A stretch of 64,000 nucleotides of DNA from Promethearchaeota archaeon. Lineage in GTDB: Archaea; Asgardarchaeota; Lokiarchaeia; Sigyniarchaeales; SOKP01. Shown here in pieces: positions 1 to 10,465 of the stretch (position 1 is the stretch's first letter; every line of letters starts with the position of its first letter). The stretch spans positions 784,785 to 848,784 of the forward strand of contig JBHLNF010000001.1 in the NCBI GenBank assembly GCA_048937405.1. Reading direction: 5' to 3'. Below the pieces are notes generated by a model. It worked only from the letters and a program-made list of their open reading frames with translations. It had not been told where the DNA came from and searched no databases. The position numbers and the translations under genes were made by a program.

Positions 1-593
1 TTAGGAACATCTTTAATAGCTTCAATTGCTTTTTCAGCAGCTTCTAAAGTCGAATCTTGATCTTTTCCAATAATTAAAAAATTTCCACCAGCTATACCTT
101 TTCCTACTTTAAAAGAGTTTTGAACAATAAATTCACCCCCCATAACAGGAATTTTAAAAGCCTCAAAAGGATACATACCTTCAATTTTTTCTTGGAATCC
201 ATCTCCAAAGAATTTTAAATTATTACCTGATTTTACTTCAAATTCCTTAGCACGATCAAGAGAGATATTTAGAGCATCAAAACACGAAGTCGTAGGGCAT
301 GTTAAAATGCATTCACCAATTCGATGAGTTAAAACCATACTCATCTCATCTTTTTTGTTCTTAAAGAACATTAATATTACTCCTGGACGTTTGTCAGGTG
401 TATTCTCCGAATCTACAAAGATATCAATACCCGCTTCGGCATCGCAACCGATTGTTGATGTTCCATAACCCGTTGCTTCCTGAGCCGCTATAGTAGCCCA
501 TTTCTTATTCTTTGCAGTTACTAAAACTCGTGAAAATACGGCTCCAAAAGCTTCACAGTAAGTATCTTCAATTTCTACTCCATTAATATTCAT
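1..593 (-). CDS. ftr: Formylmethanofuran--tetrahydromethanopterin N-formyltransferase (3' end runs off window)
   Basis: Not in the ORF track. Manual translation from ATG at 593 gives MNINGVEIEDTYCEAFGAVFSRVLVTAKNKKWATIAAQEATGYGTSTIGCDAEAGID...TPDKRPGV...GGNF, the characteristic Ftr N-terminus. Divergent from mtd. Confidence 0.95.
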   Translation of the reverse strand, partial: MNINGVEIEDTYCEAFGAVFSRVLVTAKNKKWATIAAQEATGYGTSTIGCDAEAGIDIFVDSENTPDKRPGVILMFFKNKKDEMSMVLTHRIGECILTCPTTSCFDALNISLDRAKEFEVKSGNNLKFFGDGFQEKIEGMYPFEAFKIPVMGGEFIVQNSFKVGKGIAGGNFLIIGKDQDSTLEAAEKAIEAIKDVP

Positions 594-756
594 TTTGATT
601 ATACCTTAAGGTTATAATTTTTCTTTTTTTATAATTTGTATTTACTTATAGAGTTCCTTATTTTATAAAATTTAAAACAAAAAATAAAAACATTGAATAA
701 TTGATAACAATTATATTTATATTTAAATTTGAAAGATTTACATAAGATTGTGAAAA

Positions 757-1596
757 ATGAGCGAAAAAGTGCTTAAAATTGGAATTTTGAAGAATGGAAC
801 TATTGGATCTTCTTTACTTCTCGCTTTCTTAATGGATGAACGTGCTGAATCTACAAGAATTAGTGTCTATGAAGTTACCTCTGGGGCAAAAATGCATCCT
901 CCAGAAATATGCACAAAAACAATGGAGGATTTATTAAAATGGGAACCTGAATTAATAATTATGTCAAGTCCAAATGCAGCATTACCAGGCCCTAAAGCAG
1001 CGAGAGAAATGGCAGGAACAATACCAACTATAATAATTTCTGATTCTCCAGCTAAAAAAGCAGTTGACGAAATAAAAGAAAAGAATATGGGTTTCATTTT
1101 GGTAAATTGTGATAGTATGATTGGAGCACGTCGACCTTTTCTTGATCCTATTGAAATGAGTATATTTAACTCGGATCTACTAAAGGTTTTAGCAATTACT
1201 GGAGCACTCCAGGTCATTGCTGAAGAATTAAATAAAGTAATTTTAGATATGCTTGAAGATAGAACGCCTGTTTTACCTCAAATCATTGTTGACGCAAATA
1301 TTGCGACTGATGTAGCTAAGTTCGCTAATCCTTATGCTAGAGCAAAAGCTATTGCTGCTTTTGAACTTGCAGCGTCAGTATCAAAATTGACTGGTAAAGC
1401 GTGCTTTCAATTAAAAGAAAAATCAGAATATATGCCACTATTAGCAGCAGCTCATGAAATGATGAGGACTGCCGCCTTAATGTGTGATAAAGCAAGAGAA
1501 ATTGAAAAATCAAACGATACAGTTATCAGACGACCTCATCACGCCAAGCAACAAAGGTTTTTAACAAAAATTGGCTTAAATGATAAAGAGCAATAG
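757..1596 (+). CDS. mtd: F420-dependent methylene-H4MPT dehydrogenase
   Basis: KIGILKNGTIGSS, MDERAE, SGAKM, SPNAALPGP, DSMIGARRPFLDPIEM, FANPYARAKA, AAAHEMMR motifs of Mtd. Confidence 0.93.
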   Translation: MSEKVLKIGILKNGTIGSSLLLAFLMDERAESTRISVYEVTSGAKMHPPEICTKTMEDLLKWEPELIIMSSPNAALPGPKAAREMAGTIPTIIISDSPAKKAVDEIKEKNMGFILVNCDSMIGARRPFLDPIEMSIFNSDLLKVLAITGALQVIAEELNKVILDMLEDRTPVLPQIIVDANIATDVAKFANPYARAKAIAAFELAASVSKLTGKACFQLKEKSEYMPLLAAAHEMMRTAALMCDKAREIEKSNDTVIRRPHHAKQQRFLTKIGLNDKEQ

Positions 1597-1653
1597 TAAC
1601 CAAAAAAACTATAAGTTTTATAAAAATAAATTTTTTCTTTTCAATTCTTAGAA

Positions 1654-2610
1654 TTAGTAGTGAGCAGATTTCAAATAGAGTGCTAAATTCTTAAACTGAT
1701 CACCAGTTAAAGCATTCATAACACTAGAAAAAACTTCAGAAGTTTTATTTCGTGTTACAGCCATCAAAACTGCTCCGTTATAAACTTCCTTTATTAAAAT
1801 CCAACAGTTGTCTGATTCATAGACTACAGTTGATAATGATAATGGAGAAAGAGTTGATATATTTTGAAGTTCCATAATTTGTTGATAAATACTATAAACA
1901 TTAGAATCTAAAGTCCCAATTTCAAATTTCATAAATTGTAACGGTTTTGATTCAAATTTACCAAAAGTAGATGAGATTAGTAAACCATCGGGTTGATTGA
2001 ATAAAAGATATTCAGATAAAGTATTAATTTTTAATTCATCTAAGAAATGACGTATTTTTCCAAAACGTTGCATTGATAAAGTATTCTTCTGAATCTCAAA
2101 ATCAAGGATTTCAATTAATCTATGTTGGGCACTCCCTTCTTTAACTGATACTGGAGTAAATGAGACTCTTTCCATTAAACCATTATTTAGATTCTTTGTT
2201 AGTATTTCATAATATTCATCTTCTTTTGAATTGTCTAAATCAACTTTATTTAATAAAACATAAATCATATCAATTTTAGGCGAAAATTCTAAAACATATT
2301 TCAAGAATTTCTCAAAAATTTCACGCACTTCGGGATCAACTGCTGCAGAATCAACCATAAATACAGCAGTAGTAGCTTCTGAAAATATTAGTTCGCGTTG
2401 AGATTCTGAAAAATATCGCTCCATGTAGCGTTCTTGACCTCCGAGATCCCAAACATTAAGTTCCATTATTCCTCGGAAAATAAAATTCTCCCGAGAAACG
2501 CCTTTAGTAGGTTTTAGATTTAGCACTTTCATGAAGTTATACCCTAAACAAGTTGTTCGCATTAGTGATGTTTTACCTGCTCCAGCTGGACCGAATAATA
2601 AAATTTTCAT
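1654..2610 (-). CDS. Rag/Gtr1-like small GTPase with C-terminal roadblock-like domain
   Basis: GPAGAGKTS, WDLGGQERYMERYF..QRELIF, NKVD. The G3 region resembles RagA/Gtr1, and there is a ~130-aa C-terminal alpha/beta domain (LLFNQPDGLLISS). Confidence 0.85.
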   Translation of the reverse strand: MKILLFGPAGAGKTSLMRTTCLGYNFMKVLNLKPTKGVSRENFIFRGIMELNVWDLGGQERYMERYFSESQRELIFSEATTAVFMVDSAAVDPEVREIFEKFLKYVLEFSPKIDMIYVLLNKVDLDNSKEDEYYEILTKNLNNGLMERVSFTPVSVKEGSAQHRLIEILDFEIQKNTLSMQRFGKIRHFLDELKINTLSEYLLFNQPDGLLISSTFGKFESKPLQFMKFEIGTLDSNVYSIYQQIMELQNISTLSPLSLSTVVYESDNCWILIKEVYNGAVLMAVTRNKTSEVFSSVMNALTGDQFKNLALYLKSAHY

Positions 2611-2821
2611 TTAAATGCAACCCGATTTAGAATTTGTTTTTTATTTATTTTCAATATATTTTTTATACTTTAATTTTTATTTAATTTTTTCTAATTATTA
2701 AATGAAAATTTGTGTTAGTATGAATTTGATCATGTCTATAATTAATCATTTTTAATTACCATTTTTAATTATCAAATTTAATTAATTGAATTCTAAATTA
2801 ACAAATGTAAATTGAATTGGA

Positions 2822-3349
2822 ATGAATTTAGAAGATTATATAAGAAATGTACCTGACTTCCCTGTTAAGGGAATACAGTTTAAGGATATTACCACATTAG
2901 CAAAAGTTCATAAGGCATTTAAAGATTCATGCGATAAAATTATTGATCAATATAAAGGAAAAGGTATTTCAAAAGTAGCTGCAATTGAAGCTCGTGGATA
3001 CGTATGGGGTGGAGTGATTGCTTATCAATTAGGTGCAGGATTTGTTTTAATGAGAAAACCAGGTAAATTACCTTACAAGACTCTAAGCGAAACTTATGAA
3101 CTTGAATATGGTACAGATAGTATCGAAATGCATGTTGATGCAATTGAAGAAGGGGATAAAGTTTTAGTTTTTGATGATCTATTGGCAACTGGAGGTACTG
3201 CTAAAGCGGCATGTAATTTAGTGGAAAAGGCTGGAGGTAATGTTTTAGGAATTGCTTTTATTATTGAATTAACAGGAAGTTTACATGGAAGAGATAAATT
3301 AAAGGAATATGAAGTTCTCTCTCTGATAGAGATTCCCGTAGAAGAATAA
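2822..3349 (+). CDS. apt: Adenine phosphoribosyltransferase
   Basis: PDFPVKGIQFKDIT, EARG, RKPGKLP, YELEYG, DDLLATGGT. Confidence 0.97.
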   Translation: MNLEDYIRNVPDFPVKGIQFKDITTLAKVHKAFKDSCDKIIDQYKGKGISKVAAIEARGYVWGGVIAYQLGAGFVLMRKPGKLPYKTLSETYELEYGTDSIEMHVDAIEEGDKVLVFDDLLATGGTAKAACNLVEKAGGNVLGIAFIIELTGSLHGRDKLKEYEVLSLIEIPVEE

Positions 3350-3402
3350 TGTGGATTCATATGAATCCTTTGAAAACAAATTCTATTTTAAAATAAATTT
3401 TT

Positions 3403-4407
3403 TCATATTTTTTCTAATTCTGGTGGAATAAAACCAAATACTTCAAAAAATCTTTTTCTTACTTTATTTATATCAAATTTTTGTGTTTGAGCTCCACTAG
3501 TTTCAACAACAAATGACCCTATTATAGCACCTAATCGACAAGCATCCAACAGAGTCATATCTAATGTTAAACCTGATAATATTCCCGCTCGATATCCATC
3601 GCCAGCGCCCGTAGTATCTTCTATTTTATTTGGGGGTGCAATTGGGATATTCACACTAAATATCTTTTCTTTTTTATCCTTATAAATTAGTTCTGATCCT
3701 TCTCCTCCCTTAGTAATCACAATTGCGTTTATAACTTTCATTAACCCATCTTTATCTAATGAAGTTTTATCCATAATTTGATTTATTTCATACCTATTAC
3801 CAATTAGAATATCTGATTTTTGAATGATTTTTATTAGTGACTCTTTTGGAAAAAGTGGAGTTACTTGACCTGGATCAAAAATAATTGGAATTTTTAAATT
3901 ATACAATTGATCTGTGAAATGTTCCATAGCATCAACGCTTTGAGTTGAATTGATAGCATAAGAATAATTTTCAGGATCCTTAAGTTTTTCTTTTAAATCG
4001 ATTTCCTTGCATTTATCTAATGCTCCTCCATGGAAAATGATCATTTGATTTGATTTAATATCATTCACAATATAACATGCAGCAGTGAAGAGGTCCTCAT
4101 GAAAATCAATTCCAAGTTCAATATTATCAAATTGTTTTATATGATCTTTATAACCTAAACTTTCAAAATCTTTTCCTACTGATCCTAATAAAGATACTCC
4201 AGCAATGTTTAATAAACCTAAGTTATAAGCAATATTACCTGCGGTACCACCAAAGTATTGTTTCCGACTATCTGCTGTAATGGTGCTTTGATATTCTTCC
4301 TTTTCATGATCGACTGAAACAGCATTAATAAAATTTTCCTTGAATCCCATAATATAATCAAAAGCTAAAGATCCAAGAACTAAGACTTTCCTTTTATTCA
4401 TTTTCAA
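3403..4407 (-). CDS. PfkB-family carbohydrate/nucleoside kinase (adenosine kinase-like)
   Basis: GSLAFD, GGTAGNIAY, DPGQ, DTTGAGDGYRAG; lies in a purine salvage context. Confidence 0.9.
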   Translation of the reverse strand: MKMNKRKVLVLGSLAFDYIMGFKENFINAVSVDHEKEEYQSTITADSRKQYFGGTAGNIAYNLGLLNIAGVSLLGSVGKDFESLGYKDHIKQFDNIELGIDFHEDLFTAACYIVNDIKSNQMIIFHGGALDKCKEIDLKEKLKDPENYSYAINSTQSVDAMEHFTDQLYNLKIPIIFDPGQVTPLFPKESLIKIIQKSDILIGNRYEINQIMDKTSLDKDGLMKVINAIVITKGGEGSELIYKDKKEKIFSVNIPIAPPNKIEDTTGAGDGYRAGILSGLTLDMTLLDACRLGAIIGSFVVETSGAQTQKFDINKVRKRFFEVFGFIPPELEKI

Positions 4408-4531
4408 TTTATTGAATTAATAATCTTTTATAATTTTTATATAAGTTTAATTGTGTAAAGATTAAAATGACTATATCTTGCTAAGATTATTATAAAATTT
4501 TATTAAAGCGAATTTCATTTTTTTATCATTT

Positions 4532-5395
4532 TCAGATTATTGCGTTTGAAAGTGTGTGGAAACATCGACAATCTCTTTTAGTGTCAATTTTTGCGATACT
4601 AAGTTCTAATATTTTTTTAAGGTTAGTAATATTTCTGGATATGGTTTCTAGAACCTCAGGGACATTAACTTCCAATTTACTTACAGAACTTCCACATTTT
4701 TCACATAAATTTCCGTATTCAATTACGCCACAATTAGGACATTCTCCGGCCCATACATCTAAATCTGTAACCATGGCAATACAACAATAACAAATTTCTT
4801 TTTCAGAAGACAATACCACTTCAGGATAGGTTGTCATCCCTACAATATCTCCTCCCCATTCTCTAAACATTTTTGATTCTGATCTGGTGGAAAATCGAGG
4901 ACCTTCGATACATACATATGTTCCTCCATTTTGAATATTAATTCCAAGCTGTTTTCCACTATTATAAAATAATTCGTTTAAATAACTACAATAGGGATCG
5001 GCTTGTCCAATATGACATACTTGACCACCTTCATAGAATGTATCAATACGGTTCTTAGTTCGATCAATATATTGGTTTACTAATAAAAATTTACCCTTTA
5101 TATGTTCCAATTTTAGAGAGCCTACCGCAGATGGAGCAATAATAAATTTAACTCCTATTTCTTTCAATGCCCAAATGTTTGCTCTATAATTTAAATTATG
5201 TGGGGGAATAATATGACCAATACCATGGCGAGGCAGATAAGCTAGCTTTTTCCCCTTAAAATCACCAATTATGATTGCTGCTGATGTACTCCCATAAGGA
5301 GTATAGACTTTTATTTCTTTTGGATTGTCTAGAGTTATATCAGAACCAGTTCCACCAATAATTCCAATCTCAACAATTTCTTTTACTTTTTTCAT
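4532..5395 (-). CDS. mtnP: 5'-methylthioadenosine/purine nucleoside phosphorylase with a Cys4 insertion
   Basis: GIIGGTG, TPYG, RHG, NYRANIWAL, EGPRFSTRSES, GMT, VTDLD. Extra CPNC-x9-CEKC segment. ATG at 5395 (the ORF track starts at TTG 5401). Confidence 0.88.
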   Translation of the reverse strand: MKKVKEIVEIGIIGGTGSDITLDNPKEIKVYTPYGSTSAAIIIGDFKGKKLAYLPRHGIGHIIPPHNLNYRANIWALKEIGVKFIIAPSAVGSLKLEHIKGKFLLVNQYIDRTKNRIDTFYEGGQVCHIGQADPYCSYLNELFYNSGKQLGINIQNGGTYVCIEGPRFSTRSESKMFREWGGDIVGMTTYPEVVLSSEKEICYCCIAMVTDLDVWAGECPNCGVIEYGNLCEKCGSSVSKLEVNVPEVLETISRNITNLKKILELSIAKIDTKRDCRCFHTLSNAII

Positions 5396-5505
5396 AATCA
5401 ATTCACATTATTTTTATTTTAATCAAAATAAAATAAAATAAAATAAAATTTGAGCTATTTTAAATATTATAAATATAAAAATTCAAATTTTAGTTGATAA
5501 ATATT

Positions 5506-6255
5506 ATGGTTAAAATAGGTATAATTGGGGGTTCGGGATTAGATAATCCGGACATTTTAAAAGATGATAGAGATATTGAAGTTGATACTCCATATGGTAA
5601 ACCTTCATCTCCTTTAAAGATTGGAAAGATCGAGAATGTTGATGTAGTTCTCATAGCTAGACATGGAAGAGAACATACCATTCCACCAACATATGTGAAT
5701 TACAGAGCTAATATACAAGCATTGAAGGATCAGGACTGTACACATATTATAGCTACTACAGCTTGTGGAAGCTTACGAGAAAAAATTGGTAGAGGAGATT
5801 TAGTAATTGTTGACCAATTTATTGACTTTACTAGACTCAGAAAAATCACCTTTTTTGATGAGTTCCCTCCTGGTGATGCCAAACATACACCGATGGCATA
5901 TCCTTATTCAAGTGAGTTAAGAAAAATCCTTATTGAAACAGCAAAAGAACTTAATCTTAAACACCATGAAAAAGGGACCGTAATTACTATTGAAGGACCA
6001 AGGTTTTCCACTAGAGCGGAATCAGAAATGTTTCGAATTTGGGGTGCTGATGTTATAAATATGAGTATTGCTCCAGAGACAATTTTAGCAAATGAAGCAT
6101 CTATACCTTATGCTGCAGTTGCTATGTCTACAGATTATGATTGTTGGAAAGATGATGAAGTGCCCGTAACTTGGGAAGAAATCTTGGAAATTTTTGGCAA
6201 AAATGTTAGTAATGTCATTGCTTTAATAACTAATTGTATAAAGAAAATACAATAA
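5506..6255 (+). CDS. mtnP: 5'-methylthioadenosine phosphorylase (second paralogue)
   Basis: KIGIIGGSG, TPYGKPS, ARHGREH, NYRANI, EGPRFSTRAES, TDYDCW. Likely ATG at 5506. Confidence 0.92.
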   Translation: MVKIGIIGGSGLDNPDILKDDRDIEVDTPYGKPSSPLKIGKIENVDVVLIARHGREHTIPPTYVNYRANIQALKDQDCTHIIATTACGSLREKIGRGDLVIVDQFIDFTRLRKITFFDEFPPGDAKHTPMAYPYSSELRKILIETAKELNLKHHEKGTVITIEGPRFSTRAESEMFRIWGADVINMSIAPETILANEASIPYAAVAMSTDYDCWKDDEVPVTWEEILEIFGKNVSNVIALITNCIKKIQ

Positions 6256-6446
6256 TTTTTTTTTTAAGAAATTCTTTTTTTTTTCCAGAAATATTTGATA
6301 TTAGAATGAGTGTAAAAAATGTATAATTATTTGGAGGAATTTGTAAAAGATTGATTATTGTATTTGATAAGATTATTATTTTTTCATTTGTTTAAAGTAT
6401 ATAACTATTCTTATGAAGCTTAAAATAACTAAAGAGTAATTTAAAA

Positions 6447-7754
6447 ATGGTAAACATTTCATTTCTTGGTGGATGCAGAGAAGTCGGACGTAGTGCTATA
6501 TTAATCGAATCAAAAAGTGGGGCTAAATGCATGTTAGATTATGGGATAAGATTTCATGGAGAAGAGAGACTCCCTTATAATACGAATATAGATAATCTAA
6601 AAGCTGTTGCTTTAACTCATTGCCATATTGATCATTCTGGTGCATTACCTTTTTTGTTTAAGACCAAAAAAATCCCTCTTCTTACAAATTCAATTACATT
6701 AGCTATATCTGAAATTCTAATTAAAGACATGATTAAAATATCAAATTTCAATTATCCATTTGGCTATCGAGAATTAGATTATTTAATACAAAATTCCATT
6801 TTTCTAAAAAATGGGAATCGTCAAAAGATTCATGATAACTTTTACCTAACATTTATTGATGCGGGGCATATTCCAGGAAGTGTTTCCATTTTAATTGAAG
6901 TGGATAATAAAAAAATTTTATACACAGGAGATATCAATTCACAAATTACTAATTTAGTAAATCCAGCAAATCCTAATAATGGTCATGAGATCGATAGTGT
7001 AATCATGGAATCTACTTATGCTCTTAAGGAACATCCTCCAAGAGAACAATTAGAAAAAGAATTTGTGGAAAAAATTATTAACATTACTGATAATGGAGGG
7101 AAAGTGTTAATTCCAGCATTCGGAGTTGCACGCTCTCAGGAAACGTTACTAATTTTGGAAAAATATGATTATAATGGAAATATATTTATTGATGGTTTAG
7201 CAAGAAAAATATCAATGTTATATTTAGATTACCCTAATTTTTTAAAAAATATTAAACAATTCAAAAAAGCTTTAAAGAAAACTCAATTTGTTTCTAAACC
7301 CAAAACTAGATCAACTATCAAAAACACAAACGGAGTTATAATATCCCCTTCTGGGATGCTTAAAGGAGGCATAGCAATTGATTATATTCAATCAATATTA
7401 CCAGATCATTCTTCAGCAGTTTATTTAGTTGGATATCAAGTGGAAGGAACTCCAGGAAGAAAATTGTTAGATGAAGGAATTTTTGAATTTAAAGAATCAA
7501 GAAAAAATAGGAAAATTTCATTGGATTTAAAAATTAAAGCAAAATGCGACTATGATTACTTTGATTTTTCTAGTCATTCTGATAATAGTCATATTCATAA
7601 ATATATTGAAAATTTAAAATTTAAAGAGAATTCAAATAGAGATATTTTCTGTGTTCATGGAGATAATAAATCCACCACTCGCTTAGCAAGTGAATTGGTT
7701 AAAAAAAAATACAATTCAGTAGCTCCTGAAACAGGAGAAGTATATCATGTTTAG
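6447..7754 (+). CDS. Beta-CASP metallo-beta-lactamase ribonuclease (CPSF-like, no KH domains)
   Basis: LGGCREVGRS, THCHIDH, AGHIPGS, YTGD, ESTY, PAFGVARSQE, FSSH, VHG. Confidence 0.92.
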   Translation: MVNISFLGGCREVGRSAILIESKSGAKCMLDYGIRFHGEERLPYNTNIDNLKAVALTHCHIDHSGALPFLFKTKKIPLLTNSITLAISEILIKDMIKISNFNYPFGYRELDYLIQNSIFLKNGNRQKIHDNFYLTFIDAGHIPGSVSILIEVDNKKILYTGDINSQITNLVNPANPNNGHEIDSVIMESTYALKEHPPREQLEKEFVEKIINITDNGGKVLIPAFGVARSQETLLILEKYDYNGNIFIDGLARKISMLYLDYPNFLKNIKQFKKALKKTQFVSKPKTRSTIKNTNGVIISPSGMLKGGIAIDYIQSILPDHSSAVYLVGYQVEGTPGRKLLDEGIFEFKESRKNRKISLDLKIKAKCDYDYFDFSSHSDNSHIHKYIENLKFKENSNRDIFCVHGDNKSTTRLASELVKKKYNSVAPETGEVYHV

Positions 7755-7778
7755 ACATTTTCTTTAAGAATTATCATT

Positions 7779-9299
7779 TCATTCTTGTTTTAATTGGTTT
7801 CTGATAATTATGTTACAGTTTTCTAGAAACTCATCTGCTTTATCAATGGGAATTTTTGTTCCTGCTGCGGGAGGATGTCCACCCCCTAATACTTCCAAAT
7901 TTGATAGATCACATGCTTTTCTAATAGCTTGAGAGAGATTTATCCCCTTTGATACTAATCTCTTATGTGCTCTTCCTGAAACTTTATAAACATTTTCATC
8001 TTCTCTTATTGCTAAACCAAATATTGGTTTTGCTTTATCAAAATCCTCAAGATCTTCGAACACCAACATGGATGTAACTGTTCCAATAATGTTTTCTGGA
8101 ATAACATCTTCTCCAAAAAAATATTGAATATATTCTTTATGTTGAATTTTTTGATTATCCTGAATCCATTTAAGACTCTTTAATAATGCTTTTTTATAAT
8201 TAGAATGTGCTTCTTGAGATTGTTGATAAGCTTTTTTTCTATCTCCCATTGCAATTGCAATTCCTAATGAAGCATTATTAGTTCTTCCACAAGCATTTAA
8301 AAGATTGGAAAATTCTGTTAAATCATGAAATTCTGAGCCAACTATTTCTTTTTTCAACAAGTAACGATTTATAATTAATTTTTTAATGATTTCACTTGGT
8401 TCAATATCAAATTTGGTTGCTGTGTATTCAATAATTGCTGTAGAAATCTTTTGTTTTTCATCTTGATTAAGCTCGCTTAAGGTACGAATATTACCTTTTG
8501 AATCTTCCATTAAAATACCTAAGGCTTGTAAAAATATCAGAGTTCTATTAACATCACCAGTTAATCCTGGTAAATTTATATCTTTCGAATATGCAATTGC
8601 TTCATTTAATGGTTTTATTGAAGGAAAATTTAGATCATTTTTGATTTCAATAAGTCCACTCTTTTTAGCATCCTCTAAAATGTATGAATTCATGCCTAAA
8701 AACGACTTATTTGGTCCTTGTGTCTGAATATCTCCCATAGCTCCAACTAATGCTATCGAAGATAAATCTATGTTCTTCTCATTTAAAGATTTGGCAAAAA
8801 AATAACATACACCAGCACCAGAAATCTCTAAACTTCCATCAATATTGAAAAAATACGGATTAATATGCCATTGAAATGTATTTTTATGAATTTCCTCAAT
8901 CAGATCAATATCTTCTTTAGAAGATACATTCTGAGGTAGATGATGATCTAGGATAATAAAGGAATTATATTTTTCATTTAGAATTAATTGATTTTGAAGT
9001 TCTAAGTATTGGCCACTCCCAAAATCAGAAAATATTAAAAATTTTTTAAATTCCCTTATATTTTTGGAGATTTTTAATATTTCTTCTCTCTCCAATTGAC
9101 GTAAGACTGTTATTTGAAATGGTATTTCTTCTCTATACAAAGCCTTACCTAAAATTGCCCCTGAACTCAATCCATCTGCGTCCAGATGGGTATAAATATG
9201 AATAGATGAATGATTATCTTTTATATTATTAATAAAATTATGCTTTACAATTTCTATAGCGTCATTAAATAGTCCTATTTTTTTTTTAAAATCTTTCAT
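7779..9299 (-). CDS. DHH-family RecJ-like nuclease (archaeal RecJ/GAN-Cdc45 family)
   Basis: HLDADG, DFGSG, LDHH, GAMGD, NACGR, SGR, GGGHPPAAG. Confidence 0.9.
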   Translation of the reverse strand: MKDFKKKIGLFNDAIEIVKHNFINNIKDNHSSIHIYTHLDADGLSSGAILGKALYREEIPFQITVLRQLEREEILKISKNIREFKKFLIFSDFGSGQYLELQNQLILNEKYNSFIILDHHLPQNVSSKEDIDLIEEIHKNTFQWHINPYFFNIDGSLEISGAGVCYFFAKSLNEKNIDLSSIALVGAMGDIQTQGPNKSFLGMNSYILEDAKKSGLIEIKNDLNFPSIKPLNEAIAYSKDINLPGLTGDVNRTLIFLQALGILMEDSKGNIRTLSELNQDEKQKISTAIIEYTATKFDIEPSEIIKKLIINRYLLKKEIVGSEFHDLTEFSNLLNACGRTNNASLGIAIAMGDRKKAYQQSQEAHSNYKKALLKSLKWIQDNQKIQHKEYIQYFFGEDVIPENIIGTVTSMLVFEDLEDFDKAKPIFGLAIREDENVYKVSGRAHKRLVSKGINLSQAIRKACDLSNLEVLGGGHPPAAGTKIPIDKADEFLENCNIIIRNQLKQE

Positions 9300-9412
9300 C
9301 TTCTTTACTGAATGGTAATCATATATACAAAATTAATATTATATTATATTACATTATCAAAATAATAATAAATACTAAATTAAAAAAAGTAATTTTAAGA
9401 AGGTGAAAATGT

Positions 9413-10408
9413 GTGCATCATGTAAAAATAAACGAATTAGCTAAACATATCATTGATAAAATAATACAAAATAAGGAAATCTATAACGTGAAGATTAATA
9501 AACTAAATAATGGCTCAACAATTCTCGATATGACAAATGCTTCTTGGATCGGAGGGAGACTTCTTGGAGAGATTTGTATGGGGGGATTAGGAACAGTAGA
9601 GTTTTCTTCTTATGATTTAGATGGTCATTACATGCCAAGTGTAAATGTTTATACTTCCGAACCAATTATTTCCTGTATGGCATCTCAATTAGCGGGATGG
9701 AGTGTTAAACTGAAAAAAGAAGTAGAAAAAGAAGGACAATTAAAAAAAAAAATTGTGTTTCAATCTTTAGGATCCGGACCTGCTCGCGCAAAGAGCAAGA
9801 TAGAAAAGATTTTTGAAGAATTAGATTATACTGATAATTCTAATTGTGCGGTAATTGTTTTTGAAACACCGAAATTACCAAATGAAGAAGTTATGGATAT
9901 TGTAGCTGAGAAATGTGGAGTTAATCCGGACAATACTTATGCAGCTTGTGCTCCCACTGCTTGTCTGACAGGATCAATACAAGTAGCTGCTAGAATTGTA
10001 GAAACAGGTATACACAAGTTACATGAAATTAAATTTCCTATAGATGTTATAACTAACGGTTTTGGAACTACTACCATTGCTCCTGTTGCTAAAGATGATC
10101 TTAATGCAATGGGGCGAACTAACGACTCAATAATTACTGCGGGTTTAACATATTATACAATTAATGTTAAGAAGGAAAAAGAGGGAGAATTATTTGAACT
10201 TGTTAAAAAAGCTCCCGCAAATACATCATCTAGTTATGGAAAACCATTCGTTGATACTTTCAAAGAAGTAAATTATAATTTCTATGATATTGATCCTGGA
10301 TTATTCGCACCCGCAACCTATACTATAACAAATATTAATACAGGCAAAAGTATAAGTGTAGGAAAAGTAAATCATGAGTTATTAAAACAATCTTATGGCT
10401 TAAAATAA
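9413..10408 (+). CDS. mch: Methenyl-H4MPT cyclohydrolase
   Basis: EICMGGLG, SQLAGW, GSGPARA, GSIQVAARIVETGIHK, AMGRTND, YGKPF, IDPGLFAP. Confidence 0.96.
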   Translation: MHHVKINELAKHIIDKIIQNKEIYNVKINKLNNGSTILDMTNASWIGGRLLGEICMGGLGTVEFSSYDLDGHYMPSVNVYTSEPIISCMASQLAGWSVKLKKEVEKEGQLKKKIVFQSLGSGPARAKSKIEKIFEELDYTDNSNCAVIVFETPKLPNEEVMDIVAEKCGVNPDNTYAACAPTACLTGSIQVAARIVETGIHKLHEIKFPIDVITNGFGTTTIAPVAKDDLNAMGRTNDSIITAGLTYYTINVKKEKEGELFELVKKAPANTSSSYGKPFVDTFKEVNYNFYDIDPGLFAPATYTITNINTGKSISVGKVNHELLKQSYGLK

Positions 10409-10465
10409 CCTATAATTTTTTAAATAAAATCTTTCAGTTTTTTTATTGTTAAAAAACAAAAAATT

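Noticed and set aside
5425-5449. (AAAAT)5 microsatellite as a phase-variation switch
   Set aside because: Short and unremarkable in such AT-rich intergenic DNA
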